Shown: piece by piece, positions 37,805-50,734 of the stretch
How the letters are laid out: each line of letters starts with the position of its first letter
How positions within the stretch are numbered: the first letter of the stretch is position 1
From: Lama guanicoe
Taxonomy: Eukaryota
Assembly: GCA_013239625.1 (NCBI GenBank)
Contig: MU054323.1
Span: 8,421,220-8,485,219, forward strand
DNA: 64,000 nucleotides
Direction of reading: 5' to 3'
Program-made: the position numbers and the translations under genes
Notes under the pieces: generated by a model
Database searches by the model: none
Seen by the model: only the letters and a program-made list of their open reading frames with translations
What the model was told of the DNA's origin: nothing

Positions 37805-38919
37805 GTGAGTCCGTGGGCTGGGATGGACAGTACACGTGTGTGGTTGGAGCCTAACGGGGCCCAGCAGCTCCGTGCACTTTCTGGCCAGGGTCCTGGGACC
37901 AGGCCCTGAGCCTGCCCTTCCCTCCTCTCTCCTCCTGTCTTCCTCAGAAGCATCCTACACTAGCCTGGGTTCAGTCCATTTGAGCCAGTGTTTTCCTCTG
38001 CACGTTTGTATGCATAACAGCTTTACAGAAATGTCTGTTATCTCTCCTGGATCTGGTAAAAGATTTCCAAGTTTTCAATCAATTCATTAATTGGGTATCT
38101 TTTAAAGTCTCTGGTTTTACTAGTGGTTGCCTTGGTAACCAACATGAAATCCTCGACCAGTTCCAATGGACATTTCAAGGAATACCCAAGAAGTTCCTGG
38201 AGAAATGTCAGTATGTGGGCCCAACTTCCCTTACAGCCACCTAGAACCCTGTGTTTTTTAACTCAAACAGCCCCGAGGCACCTGTGTGTCTCCTGTTGAT
38301 GAGCACCTGGCAACACCTGAAGGTTTTGTACGTGCCTGTGCTCTCAGCCCGGCTCAGGGTGCCAGGGAGGTCCTGTTAACAAGAGAACAAAGTCACAGTC
38401 AACAAACCTGGGGCTAAAAATCAGCAAGGGCTTCCAGCCTTCCCACTGTACTGCCCCCTAGATCCCACCTCCTGCCTCTTCCCTAGAGGGACCTCCTTGG
38501 GTGTCTCACCTGTGCTATTGTCCCAGCCTCCCACCTCCATCTCAGTGCCCTCCAGCCCCGGCTACAGATCCCACCCCCAGTATGCTCCCAGCATCCGGAC
38601 TGCCTGTTAGCGTTGCATTCGCACCCCTCCATCTTCCCATCAGCGCCCTGCAACAGCTGTGCTCTAGCCGAAACACGCCCCTCAAAGCACCATCAGTGCT
38701 GCCTATCTCAGTGCCCTTGCCCTTGTTTTCTTGGAGTCAGCATGGGGACAGGGAGCACCCTGGCCTTGAACACACCTGTGCTGTCAAACGCCTGAGTGAG
38801 GTTGGGCTAATCCCTTCCTTGACGACTTCAGCTCCTTCACCTGCCTAGTGAGAGGCTCAGATCAATGATCTCTCCAGTTCACTGGCTTCCTGCTTATGAT
38901 TTGACCCGTCTTCTTCCAG

Positions 38920-39076
38920 GGAAGGTTGTGCTGGCCGAGACCACCACTGCACATGCCACGCTGACAGGCTTACACTACTACCACCAGGACTGGTCCCACG
39001 CGGCCGCCTACGTCACGGTGCCTCCCCTGAGACTGGACACCAACACCTCAACCTACCTCATGAGCCTGCTGGCCAA
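38920..39076 (+). CDS. DPYSL5: DPYSL5 coding exon 7 (aa 264-316)
   Basis: ttcttccag|GGAAG; GKVVLAETTTAHATLTGLHYYHQDWSHAAAYVTVPPLRLDTNTSTYLMSLLA+N (phase 2); donor CAA|gtaagg. Confidence 0.97.
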
Positions 39077-40623
39077 GTAAGGTGTTTCAGCGGGACCGCA
39101 GTGCAGCATTATCTCATAATGCGCACCAGTCCCGGAATTTGTAGATCTTTAAGATGATGTCATAGAGGCCCCAAATCAGACCTAGGTTTGACTTCGTTGT
39201 GCCTGGAGCATGATTTTGCTTTTGTTTTCTTCTCCAAAGCCCATCAGATAATTGCTATCCCATGGGGCAATTTAGATCCAAATCTAAATAAAATGCTTTA
39301 ATGAATAGTCTATATTTGGTGGGACACAAACATGTCCCACAAACATTTCCCACAAACATGGAAAGATTTTGTTTTACGCACCCCCAGGGGGGAGGGCAGG
39401 CAGCCCCCACCCCACCAGCTCTCCTCACCGAGGGGCTCAGGCAGCCCGGCCTGTCCACCGCCCAGGCAGGTGCCCACTACTGGTACCTCTCTTCTCCATG
39501 GGTGAACCTCTTGAAATGTCCCCTCCTTGACGGGGTAGACTAGTGGGGGAGCGGGGGAGGGAAGCACCACTCAACCTATGAAAAGAGGAAGAAGGGAAAG
39601 ACCTCAGGACTCTCCATTCTGCCAACACCTCAGTCCCCCAGTTGCAGGGGGCCGCCATTAAATAATGGGGCATTTATTTTATCCATGTCCTTAGTTTTCA
39701 GTCCTGATGGCCAACAACTGGCAAATTTCCACTCAACATCCTTCTATGTTAACAACTTAAAGAGCAGTGTGGGCTGGACACTTGGGGCTTTCCAAATATG
39801 CCTGGAGTGCAGTCAGTAGGGTCCCAGAGTGAACATGGCCCCTGGAGAGGCAGGAGACACCATGGCAGTAATTATCCTCTGTCCCCTAGCTTTGCTGTGA
39901 CTCTGAACAGGGGCTGCTCTGACAAATTCAACTAAATTAGTAGAGTAAAGGGAGAAATACTTTTAAAAATGCTTGTCAGTGGGAAAAGCCAGCCTCCTTT
40001 TCCTCATTATCAGCACAACAGAAATAAACAAGTATCAAGAACCCACTATATAATTTGGGCTCAGTTCCAAGGTCAAAGAATCTTTGGAACTACCTCTGCC
40101 TGCCACCAGGATATTTACTGAAAGAACAAAAAGATAGGAAATCCTGCAACCCATCCAAATTACAGTGCCCAAACCCACACAAATTTAAATAGGCAGAGGA
40201 ATAGAAGTATTATTAATTGAATAATTTAAGTTTTTACATCTAGCCTATTTTGTCAAATTTATTTAAATTATTTAACTAAGTTCTATTCACTTGAATAGAA
40301 TTGCAATTTCCTGTGACCTATTATGAGAATAGTTTGTCCCTTTTTAATCAGTGCATGTTGTAAACGTGTGCAATTTTATAGAATTTGGAGCATAGTTTTA
40401 ACACTCTAGGAATTTATGATTACTATAATTTTGCTTTTATGACACATTATTGGTGATAATTGGTATTATGCAAAATATTTGATAGAAAACCAATTATTAA
40501 ATTTCTATAAGAATATATGAGCTTCATAATAATCTACTTAGGATATGATTTCTTCAGATATATCAGGGTAAAAAATATAATCTGTGGATTTAAAGATTTA
40601 TCCTTTATTTAAAATCTCACTTT

Positions 40624-40741
40624 TTAAAAAATTGACATACAGTTGATTTACAATTTGTGTAAATTTCTGGTGTACAGCATAGTGATTCAGTAGTACATAT
40701 ATATGTATATATTCTTTTTCGTTATAAACTATTACAAGGTA
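40624..40741 (-). mobile_element. Short L1 3' end
   Basis: Related to the 29.6 kb insert; near-perfect TSD taaaatct(c/g)acttt. Confidence 0.7.
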
Positions 40742-42378
40742 TAAAATCTGACTTTGTAAAGGGACCAGACATTTTTTCATTTGAGTATATATATTCTTAA
40801 AATACTTAACAAAAACCAGTGATGCTTTAAACTTTAAAGAGTAGGGATGGCTATGTCACATCTCCTAGATTCAGGGCAGCATTGGGAGACCTCAAAGCCC
40901 TTCTGGAATGTGACCACCCTCATTCACTCCTGCCTAGTGAGCCCTGCCTTGTGTGGGGGCCTTTTTGGAAAGGTGCGTTCTTAGTAAGACTTGTCGGTTA
41001 AAGCATGGGTCCCAGGGTCCCTGACCCACGGCCCGTGACTCTGATGGGCACCTTTTCTGATCTGAGCCCTGCCCGGGCATCTGAGGGAAAAGCAAAAACC
41101 TAAAGATTCTGTTCATCTCTGGTGGGTTCTGCAGAACTGTGGAATGTGAGGGGGGTGCTGGGGGACCCTAGAACAAACCCTCTGCTCTGTGGAAGAGCCC
41201 CTCCTGCAGTCTCTGAGAGGGCCCAGAGCAGTGTCTCTGGGCAGGGAGGTACCAGCCCATGCCAGGCAGAGCTCAGTCATCTCACTGTGGATTTGGCCAA
41301 GGATTGGCGGAAGCTCTGACAGGCCCCCAGGGGGAACAGTCCCACATGCAGCCTGACCCCGAATATCAGAAAGCCTTAAGAATATGCCTCCTCACCAAGC
41401 CACATAATGCCTTCTGCTCCCAGATTCCTCTCTGAAGCCGGCACCTGGACGGTCCACGTGCACTTACAAGGCTGTAGTACCTCCTGCAAGTTAAGCTAGA
41501 CTCTAGGGCCCCACACTGTGTCGTCCCCCTCTCCCACATGACCCTGTGCTCTCCCAGGCCCCTCCCTGCCTTCCTAAGGTCTTTCCTCCTGAGATTGTCT
41601 TGCCTGGGCAATGGAGCCATCCCTCCCTGCTGCCCCTCCCCACCTCTGAGGCCTACAGAGATCTCTGAACTTGAGCTGGCTGGCTGGCTGCCTCCCTCCT
41701 TAGGCAGAGGGTCTGCCACCATGTGCACTCTCACCGATGTAAGTCTCTGCTAGAGTTCTGAGCCCCTCGAGAGCCCAGCCATGCCTCAGCCTCTGAGGAC
41801 CACTGTCATGGACGGCAGCAGTGATGAAGCAGTCAACTTGCGTGCTGATACTGGTTGATCAAGACAGACTTCTGTCCTGTCCTTCCTCTCCCCTGCTGGG
41901 CAAGGAGAGCCTCCACACCCAAGCAAAGCTTAGCATGGAACTTGAGTGTTTTACCAAGCACATGCTTATTGCCAGCAGGGCCTGGTGGGAGTCGAGGGAG
42001 GGGATGAGAGGGAGTTCGCATACGGTTCTGAGGAAGTAAAACTACCTCCACCCTCCCACTTTAGCTAAACAATTAAGCGCAATTTTCTTCCTCCATCCAC
42101 TATCTTAACTCTTAAAAGTCAACGTCCCAAAGACTCTTGATGTCTCCTGTGACACTGGCAGTCTGTGCCACAAGTCTGCATGTATGCCCATTCTGCAGAT
42201 GTGTAAACAGGTTCTCACAGATTAGCTCGCTAGAAGTCGTACAGCTACCAAGTGGCAGAGACAAGATTGAAACCAGCTTTGCTGGATTCCCAAGAGAAGG
42301 CTTTCCCTGCACCTGTCTTCATCCTCTGGGACCCCGGCCTCCCATTTCCTTACCAGTCACATCCTTCTCTCTACCCAG

Positions 42379-42520
42379 TGATACTCTGAATATTGTGGCA
42401 TCAGATCACCGGCCTTTCACCACGAAGCAGAAAGCTATGGGCAAGGAGGACTTCACCAAAATCCCACACGGCGTGACGGGCGTGCAGGACCGCATGAGTG
42501 TCATCTGGGAGAGAGGAGTG
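42379..42520 (+). CDS. DPYSL5: DPYSL5 coding exon 8 (aa 316-363)
   Basis: ctacccag|TGATACT; DTLNIVASDHRPFTTKQKAMGKEDFTKIPHGVTGVQDRMSVIWERGV; donor GTG|gtatgt. Confidence 0.97.
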
Positions 42521-43021
42521 GTATGTTCCTGCGCCCCTCCCTGCTCTGGGCCTCAGAAGAATTTTCACCCTTAGGAGGCCTGGGTCAACCACAGCTCCTG
42601 TTTCACCCAAAAACAAAACGAAAAAGTCTTCTATTTTTTCCTGATCATAAAGGTAATAAGACCTAGCATAAAAATTTGGAAAATACAGGAAAGTATTAGA
42701 AAAAAAATCCTCACGATACCATACTGAGAAATTATTAATATTTTGATATATTTCTTTCTAGTTTTCTGCATGTACTGTACATTATTTTAATAACTGTGTT
42801 CATCTTTTTTTCATATAACAGTATATCTTGCGTGTCTTTACATATCAGTAAAAATTCTTTAGAAACATCTTTTTTAATGTCTAAATAATATTTCCGCCAA
42901 AGGAAATTCCATACTTTGTTAATCCTTCCCTGATGTTTGGAACTTTCAGCTGTTTCAAATTGTTGCACTTACAAATAATGTTGCAGAGAATCTCTTTGCT
43001 TGGTAGTATATGCCAGCATTT

Positions 43022-43105
43022 TTTTAGTGGAGGCACTGGGGATTGAACCCAGGACCTCGCACATGCTAAACATGTACACTACCACTGAGCAATACCCTCC
43101 TCCCC
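43022..43105 (-). mobile_element. tRNA-derived SINE, short type
   Basis: TSD TAT(A/G)TGCCAGCATTT at 43007-43021 and 43106-43120. Confidence 0.9.
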
Positions 43106-43801
43106 TATGTGCCAGCATTTCTAGTCATTTTCTGAGGACAGATTCCTAGAAGTGTATTTATGGGCCAAAGAATATAAAGAATTTTAAGGCTCTTGATACA
43201 TTTTGTCCAGCTGCCTTTCAGTAAAGATAGAGACTGGGACTTCCTTTGAATACCACCTGTTCTGCCCATGAAGAATAAGTAGTTTTTGTCTTGACCTATC
43301 ACGGATTAGATGAAGCACAGAGTATGAGCCCAAAGAGATTTGAAATCTTCAGGGTTAAGCCCCCAGTTCAGGGAAGGCCCATGAGGCAGCTCAGGAATCC
43401 TCTGTGAAGGGAGCCCACGGTGCTCTCGTGGGTGGGGTGATAAGATGCTTTTCCAGCACAGAATATATGTCCCTCTGCGGATGAAGGGAAGTTCCTGATT
43501 TATCCATATTGAGCATATGAGTAGAGATGGTTTTGCAAACAGGAGGTAGATTTGCACCAGGAAAGCAGCCTTTTGGAACAAGAGCCAACTCACCACTGTT
43601 GCTGGAAGGAAATAGAAGTAAGCAAGTGTAGGGAACCAAGCCATGTGGGTTGGTTCATCTGAGAAGATGCCCGTAACATTGTCCTTCTCAGCACCATTGT
43701 TCTGACTGACTAAAAGGCCACACGCCAGGGTCAAGGGTGACTGGGGGTTTGAGGTACACACACACGGCCTTGGTTGACCTGACACTTTTGCATTATCTCA
43801 G

Positions 43802-43944
43802 GTTGGAGGAAAGATGGATGAGAACCGTTTTGTGGCTGTTACCAGCTCCAACGCAGCGAAGATTCTCAACCTGTATCCCCGCAAAGGCCGCATCATCCCT
43901 GGAGCCGATGCCGACGTGGTGGTGTGGGACCCAGAAGCCACAAA
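43802..43944 (+). CDS. DPYSL5: DPYSL5 coding exon 9 (aa 364-411)
   Basis: tatctcag|[53 protein letters not shown]+K (phase 2); donor AAA|gtaaag. Confidence 0.97.
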
Positions 43945-44877
43945 GTAAAGCCTGCTGCTAGTCTCCAGGGCTAGAGGGACTTGGGATTTTAAGGAACTTG
44001 TATTACAGAACTCCAAAAGCACATCATCTTTGCACTACTCCTAGCAGAGAGCACTATGACCTGAGGTGTGTTCAATTCAACAGATATTTGAGGGCCTGCC
44101 ATGGTTCAAGCACTAGGAACACCACAGTGAACAAGATGGTCTTCAGACCCGCTGTAGTGCAGCTCCATGTGCACAGCACTTTACAGTTTTTCAAAGCTGC
44201 ATCACATCAGTGGTCTCACTTGCTTTCATACAGTCCCAAGAAGTACTCAAGCCTAGATTTCTTATTTCAATTTTACTGTTGAAGAAACTAAGACCAGAGA
44301 GTAGAGAGACTCCCCACGTCACACAGCTAATAAGTGGCTGAACCAGACAGATATCCTGACACTCAGTTATAGACTCTCCCACCAACACTCTGCTTCTCTC
44401 GTTGAGGGAGTGTGTCCCCTTCAGTGCACAGCACTTGACACCCATGGCATTAATAACACAGGTTGAGTGAATCAGTGAAGTGCATCAGGAGTTATCAAGT
44501 CATAGGATACAGAGCATCATCTTTTCTGAGAGATTTGGGCAGGGGAGATGGAAATCGTTTTTTAATATTAAATTTCATTCACTCAACAAATATCTGTTAA
44601 GTGCCACCAACTGCTGAGCACTTTTCTAGGTGCATAAGCTGGCAATGAATAAGATAGACAAAAGTGTGCTGGGATTCTGAAGATAAAAAGTTCAGTTGCA
44701 AGGAAAGTTCACCCTGTGCACCACCACACACCGCCTTGCCAGATCCCCATGCTGCTTCTCCGTTAGGGCACTTGAGAAGCTGTGTTCTGCATCCAGGCTG
44801 GGGCTGGTCCCTGTTGCTGTGGCAATGTGGCTGTTAGTGACTGCTGCTGGTGCAAAGACAGCTAGAATTTAGCCCAG

Positions 44878-45260
44878 TGTGTTAGTCTTCTAGGGCTGCC
44901 ATAACAATACCACAGACAGGAGGCTTAAACAATAGACATTTATTTTCTTACAATTCTGGAGGCTAGAAGTCCAAGATCAAGGTGTCAACAGAGTTGATTT
45001 CATTCTGAGGCCTCTCTCCTTGGCTTGTAGATGGCCGTCTTCTCCCTCTGTCTTCACATGGTATTTTCTTTGTGCACTTCTGATGTCTCAATTTCCTCTT
45101 ATAAGGACACTCATCTGATTGGATTAAGACTCATCTATATGACCTCATTTTACTTTAATTAGCTTTTAAAGGCCTTATCTCCAAATACAGTCACATTTGA
45201 GGTACTGGGGGCTAGGAGTTCAATATATAAATTTGGGGTTGGGGAACACAACTCATCCTA
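44878..45260 (-). mobile_element. MaLR (MLT1-like) solo LTR
   Basis: tgtgttagtcttctagggctgccataaca...ctggaggctagaagtccaagatcaaggtg...gaggtactgggggctagga motifs. Confidence 0.88.
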
Positions 45261-45270
45261 GCCTTTGGAG

Positions 45271-45473
45271 GTCATCCCTTCCCACTGAATATCTTCCCTT
45301 TTCACTGAGCATCATCCTTTCCCACTGGTCATCATCCATTCCCACCGATCATCATCCCTTCCCACCGATCATCATCCCTTCCTACTGAGCACTGTCCCTT
45401 CCCACTGTGGTGTGCATCACCTTTTCCCACTGAGCATCATCCCTTCCCACTAAGCACCTCCCTTCCATTGAGC
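45271..45473 (+). repeat. Minisatellite, ~10 copies of 20-bp unit ATCATCCCTTCCCACTGAGC
   Basis: Visible 20-nt periodicity. Confidence 0.9.
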
Positions 45474-45527
45474 TGTGACATCTTTACTTCCTCTCAGAGT
45501 GTTCTCTCCTGCCACTCCTCCCACCAG

Positions 45528-45735
45528 GACCATCTCGGCCAGCACCCAGGTGCAGGGAGGAGACTTCAACCTGTATGAGAATATGCGCTGCCATGGTGTC
45601 CCGCTGGTCACCATCAGTCGGGGACGGGTCGTGTACGAGAATGGTGTCTTCATGTGTGCTGAAGGCACTGGCAAGTTCTGTCCCCTGAGGTCCTTCCCAG
45701 ACACTGTCTACAAGAAGCTGGTCCAGAGAGAAAAG
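45528..45735 (+). CDS. DPYSL5: DPYSL5 coding exon 10 (aa 411-480)
   Basis: cccaccag|GACCATC; TISASTQVQGGDFNLYENMRCHGVPLVTISRGRVVYENG...KKLVQREK; donor AAG|gtaagt. Confidence 0.97.
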
Positions 45736-46749
45736 GTAAGTGAGGGAGGGGGAAGAAGACGTGTGGGAAGAGGTTGACATGATATCTTATATGACTTTTA
45801 AATCTCAAAGATGCTCTCACTCTGTTTTCCCGTGGAATCCTATTGCCTAGATAGTCACTTTGGGAACAATCAAAATAATAGAAAAGGAGCACCTGTAATA
45901 AAGTAAAATTTATTGGGAAGGGTCCTCAGCTCCCCAGCCCTGGGCTGACCCAAAACCAGAAGGAAGGAAGGTTCCATCAGGTTGGGCGGTGGGCAGACTG
46001 GTCTTCCCACTCTCTCCAGGCTCCCCAGCCAAGACTTCATCCTGCCTCTGGTCCTCAGTGGAGCCTCTCTGCCAAAAGTTCATTCATAAAAACCACGACT
46101 TTCTTCCCTAAACTATGGTCCAGCTCTTCCATATTGAGAAGGGAGCATGTGGTGAGGCAGAGAGAATGCCCAGCCGATGATGCTGGTCCTGCCCCAGTCT
46201 TCAATTGCCAGAGAGAATTTTAGGTGATCAGGCAAATAGGGAGTCCTGAGACCCCGAAGGCACAAGTGGGAAAGTGACTCTGTGACCACAGAATTCCTTT
46301 TGATTCACAGGCTCAGGGTCATCAAGGTCTTACCACTGCCTGGTTCCCTCCAGTCTTGATGAAGCCAGGGCGAGTAAAACTGATATCTGAGAAGCTATCA
46401 TCTAAAGCATAAGAGTACACAGGGCATATTAACACCAAAAGATCAACTCTGCTGGTGAGCTTTCCACGTGGAGTAACTCTTCTCTCCCAGAGGCCAAAAA
46501 ACAAAGAGAAACAAATCCCAGTCTCCTGTGGGGGAGCAGACTTGGGTCACCTAAAGAAGACATGACTTTACTTATCCACCTGCCAATCCCAAAGCAAGCT
46601 CAGGGTCTCTGGGGTAAATGGTCCACCTCCAGTTACTTCCCAGCCACTGACAGTGGTAGGAGGCCTTAGCCCCACCACTGGAGGATTTGCCAGAAAGAGC
46701 TGTAAGGATGATGCACTCACGCCCAAGACTATCCGGCAAAGGGTGGTTA

Positions 46750-47462
46750 TGATTTAAAATAAAATGGAAAATAACAAGTGTCAGTGAGGATGTGGAGAAA
46801 TCAGAACCCTCACCCATTGCTGAAAGGAATGTAAAACAATACAGCTACATTGGAAAACACTTTGGCCGTTCCCAAAAAGTTTGATAAATTTGCCAAAATG
46901 TCTCGGCAGTTACCCTCTTGGGTATGGACATACTCAAGAGAAATGCAAATATATTTCTACACAAAATCTTGTGCATAAATGTTCATAGTAGCATTATTCA
47001 TAAAGGCCAAAAAGTGGGAACAACCCAAATGTCCATCAACTGTTGAATGGATAAACAAAATGCGGTATGCCCACACAATGGAATATTATTCAGCCATAAA
47101 AGTGAAAGGAGTGCTAATATAGGTTACATACAACATACACAAACCTTAAAAAACATCATGCTAAGTGAAAGGATCCAGTCACAGAAGGCCACATATTATG
47201 ATTCCCTGTATATGAAGTGTCCCAGAAGAGGCAAATCCATAGACAGAAAATAGATTAGTGGTTGCTTCAGGCTGGGGGAGGGGAGAATGGGAGTGACTAC
47301 TTATGGGTACAGGGTTACTTTTTGGGGTGATGAGAATATTTTGAAATAACATGGTGGTGATGGTGGCACAACCTTGTGAATATACTCAACACCACTTAAT
47401 TGTAAACTTTTAAATGGTTAATTTTACAGTATGTGAATTATATCTCAAGTTGGGTGAAAAAA
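46750..47462 (+). mobile_element. L1MB-like 3' end
   Basis: caacccaaatgtccatcaac...gaatggataaacaaaatg...agattagtggttgc...gtgaattatatctc motifs. Confidence 0.88.
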
Positions 47463-48269
47463 TGTCTGGCAACATTTTTGTGTGTTTTCCATAAAAGATA
47501 TTTCAGTCAGAAAATAGGGTCAAAAGAGGGCAGAGAAACTGTTTGATGCCCTTCTAAAAACCAGCCTCACAAAAAGGTAAGATAGACACTAATTCACAGC
47601 AGACAACCCTTCGGGCCAGTGGAAGAGCTCCAGCTTCCAAGATTGATATAAATTCAACTCAGGGTCCCTTTTTCTATGGCCATTATTATAATGACAATGT
47701 CAGGTCCTCAAGAAACAGCCAGTTCTGTTCCCTGTTCTCTGGTCTCGCCCTTAACAGAAGGCAGGTATGCAGAAAGCTATGGGAAAACCTCATTTTCCAA
47801 AAATTATGAATGAGCAGTCCCTACAGAGCATGGGCCCCATGAGAAAGTAGCTCTGGCGTAGGGCTGCCGGGAGCCAAGGTCACTCACTCAGGATTCACCT
47901 CAGGTCTGTACTCCCACACTTCACCACTGGGACCCCAAAGTGCAGCCTGGTAAAGGCCAAAACCCTTCAAACCAGCTTTGATGTTCTGAGGGCTGGGCTT
48001 AAACTACAGATCTATTGATGGAGAATACAAAGGAATATGTAGACTGAAGAGCCTTTCAGAAATCACCCGTATCTGTTGTTTCTCTGAGCAGGGTTTTCAA
48101 TAAGCAGTGAGCAGCAAAGGAGATTGAGGTTATGTCCCTGACAAGTGCCTGGGGAGTAGATTTATGCTACTCCTTCACACCCAGTGCACACACTCCAACA
48201 CACTTCCTCATAACAGAACTTTTTAATGTGATTAAGCACCATAAATGACCTCTGCAATAAAACAGCTGC

Positions 48270-48490
48270 TGGTACTTAGATGTCACTTGCCATGTGCCAG
48301 AGCAGTTCTAAGAGCTTTACACATACTATTTGATTTGCTCTCATAACAACTCTGTTCTAATAAATAAGAAAATAGGCACAGAGAGGTTATGTAACTTGCA
48401 CAAGGTCACACAGCTTATAAGTAGCAGAGCTGAGATCGGAATCTAAGCAATCTGGTTGTAGAGTACAGACCTGTAACTCTACTGCTGCCT
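48270..48490 (-). mobile_element. MIR SINE
   Basis: aggcacagagaggttatgtaacttgcacaaggtcacacagct core. Confidence 0.82.
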
Positions 48491-48953
48491 TTGTGAGTAC
48501 GAAATTAACTACTATTGCTACTGGGGAATTCTTACCTCCAAATCAGCTATATGTAGCCTCTATCCCCACAAAGCTGTCAGATCACAGTGAAAGGCATGGC
48601 TTCTTGAGAACCTGGCAAGTGAGGGATGTTCTCTAAAGCTGAATACCTCAGAACTATCTACCTGCTACCTTGGAAAGGATTCCACCAATGGGTATCTCCT
48701 CTATGTGCACGTGCGCATGCACGCACACACTATTTGGAAGGCGTTAAGAAAAGAATTCTCTATCGCCTGTGTTCAAAGTGTAGAAAGGCTTGGTCACATG
48801 CATTACTTTGGGTCCTGAGCAGAGTGGCAGGGTCTAGAGTCCAGTAAGCCGTCAAGAAGGCTCTGGTGGTGGCAGTGTCTTGGCCCTGATGGTTGATGGT
48901 GCCTATTCTCTGATAGCATCATCTCTTCCCTTCTTCTCCTCCACCTTCACTAG

Positions 48954-49122
48954 ACCTTAAAGGTTAGGGGAGTGGACCGCACTCCCTACCTGGGGGATGT
49001 AGCTGTTGTTGTGCATCCTGGGAAAAAAGAGATGGGAACTCCGCTGGCAGACACTCCTACCCGGCCTGTTACCCGACACGGGGGCATGAGGGACCTTCAT
49101 GAATCCAGCTTCAGCCTCTCTG
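48954..49122 (+). CDS. DPYSL5: DPYSL5 coding exon 11 (aa 481-537)
   Basis: ccttcactag|ACCTTA; TLKVRGVDRTPYLGDVAVVVHPGKKEMGTPLADTPTRPVTRHGGMRDLHESSFSLS+G (phase 1); donor CTG|gtaaga. Confidence 0.97.
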
Positions 49123-50734
49123 GTAAGAGCAAGGGCCACTTGTTCTGGCATCTGCATCTTCACCACAGTGGAGTGGCAGGAGGAGGGCAGAGGGGCCAGG
49201 GACCTCACCCAGGCGGTGGGACTAACGGTGCTTTCCTCTCCAGCTTCTCCCTCCCTTCCCAATCCCGTGTCTGGTGATGAGCGCTAGGTCCCAGGTTAGA
49301 CACACAAATACGGGGGGGCTGGGCAGGAGGGCTCTCTCAGTCCCTGGGCACCCGCCACTGAAAGGCCATGGCCCTTCTGGGGCTTTCCCCAGGATTTCTA
49401 AGTTCAAATATTTTCATCCTCTGACACATAGGGGTGCCCCAGAGATGATCGGAGCTCAGAAAGGCTAACTGTGCTATATGGGACTGCACCCCCATTTCCT
49501 ACCCCCTCCTCGCCAGCCTCTCTGAAAGGCCTGGTGCTTCCACTCCACCCTTTCCTCCCTGACCTTATCCCCACGTTTGCTCCTCTGTCACCTTCTCTTT
49601 TGCCAGGAATTGTACTGTGCGTCTTACAACAGATAATACATGGGGTGCGTCTGTGCTCAGGGACTTGGTTGCTGACAGCATGTATCCCAGGGGCTCCTCC
49701 GGAGTTAAAGGTGGCGAGATCATTGCTGCATAAATGGCAACCCTGACTGGAGAATAGGCAGAGGCTGTAAGATGCCCTGGTCCTGCAGGAAACAGTGACC
49801 TGGACTTGAAAGGGGCAGGGGCCGGGTCTCCCAGAGTGGCCTTCAGGACTAGCCCAGGTGCAGACCCGCATTCACTCTGCCAGAGCTGTGCCGGGTGGGG
49901 AGGTGAGAGGTGTGAGATCCAGGTCCTTCCCACAGAGCCTGGCATTTGCTAGGGTTGATGAGATGGCAGAGAGCGAAACCAGAGGGGTGCCAGGGGGCGG
50001 GACTGCCTGCTGAGCTCCCTCTGTGCCCAGCTGCGCCCGCAGCAGCTCACATGGTTCCTGGCCGAGGAGCTGACAGCCTGTGGGGAGGGGTCCCTTCTAC
50101 ATCCTCTCAGAGCCGACCTCATTACAGAGATAACTCCTCCCCACCCTGAAGGCCACTGCCACTCCCTCCAGCGACAGGACCAAGTGCAGGGAGTCAGAAA
50201 GGGATCTATGGTGTGGAGTGTCGGTGGGCACCCGGCCCGACCAGTCCAGGAGGTGTAGCTCCTCATAGCTGCCTGGGCACGGCCCTTCCTGCAGCAGCCA
50301 GCCCCAAGAGAAGCAGCGACCCCCTCCCTCCCCGCCGCTCAAGCCACGAGCCCCCTCTGGCTGGTGGCTTCTTCTGCTGCCTCCCAAGTCGCCGGGCAGA
50401 GCCAAGACCGGGCAGAACTGCTCTCCGACTCCACAGGCATCAGGCAGCCTCTCACCTTCCCTCTGCCCCAAACCTTGTCTGTTCTAAATAGGACAAGCTG
50501 ATGAATGTCCCACTACACTCCCTGGGGTACCAGGCCTCCTCTTCTAAGTCTTGGGATTTCAAGATGTGGGGGCCTTTAGGGTGGTGTTCTTAGATTTTCC
50601 AAAACAATGGTACACCCTCCCTTCTTACTCTCTTGCTCACTGAGGCTTATGTACAAAGGGCTACTTGCCAACAGACCGATCTGTATGTGTGACAAGAGAC
50701 CATAGCTCCAGGGCTGGGAGCAATGAAGGTAGCA

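Noticed and set aside
39315..39360. Small hairpin / 13-bp repeat (GTGGGACA...TGTCCCAC; CACAAACAT x3)
   Set aside because: Too short for a pre-miRNA; explained by local slippage duplication.
45271..45473. CRISPR-like array
   Set aside because: Tandem units without unique spacers in a mammalian intron; it is a minisatellite.
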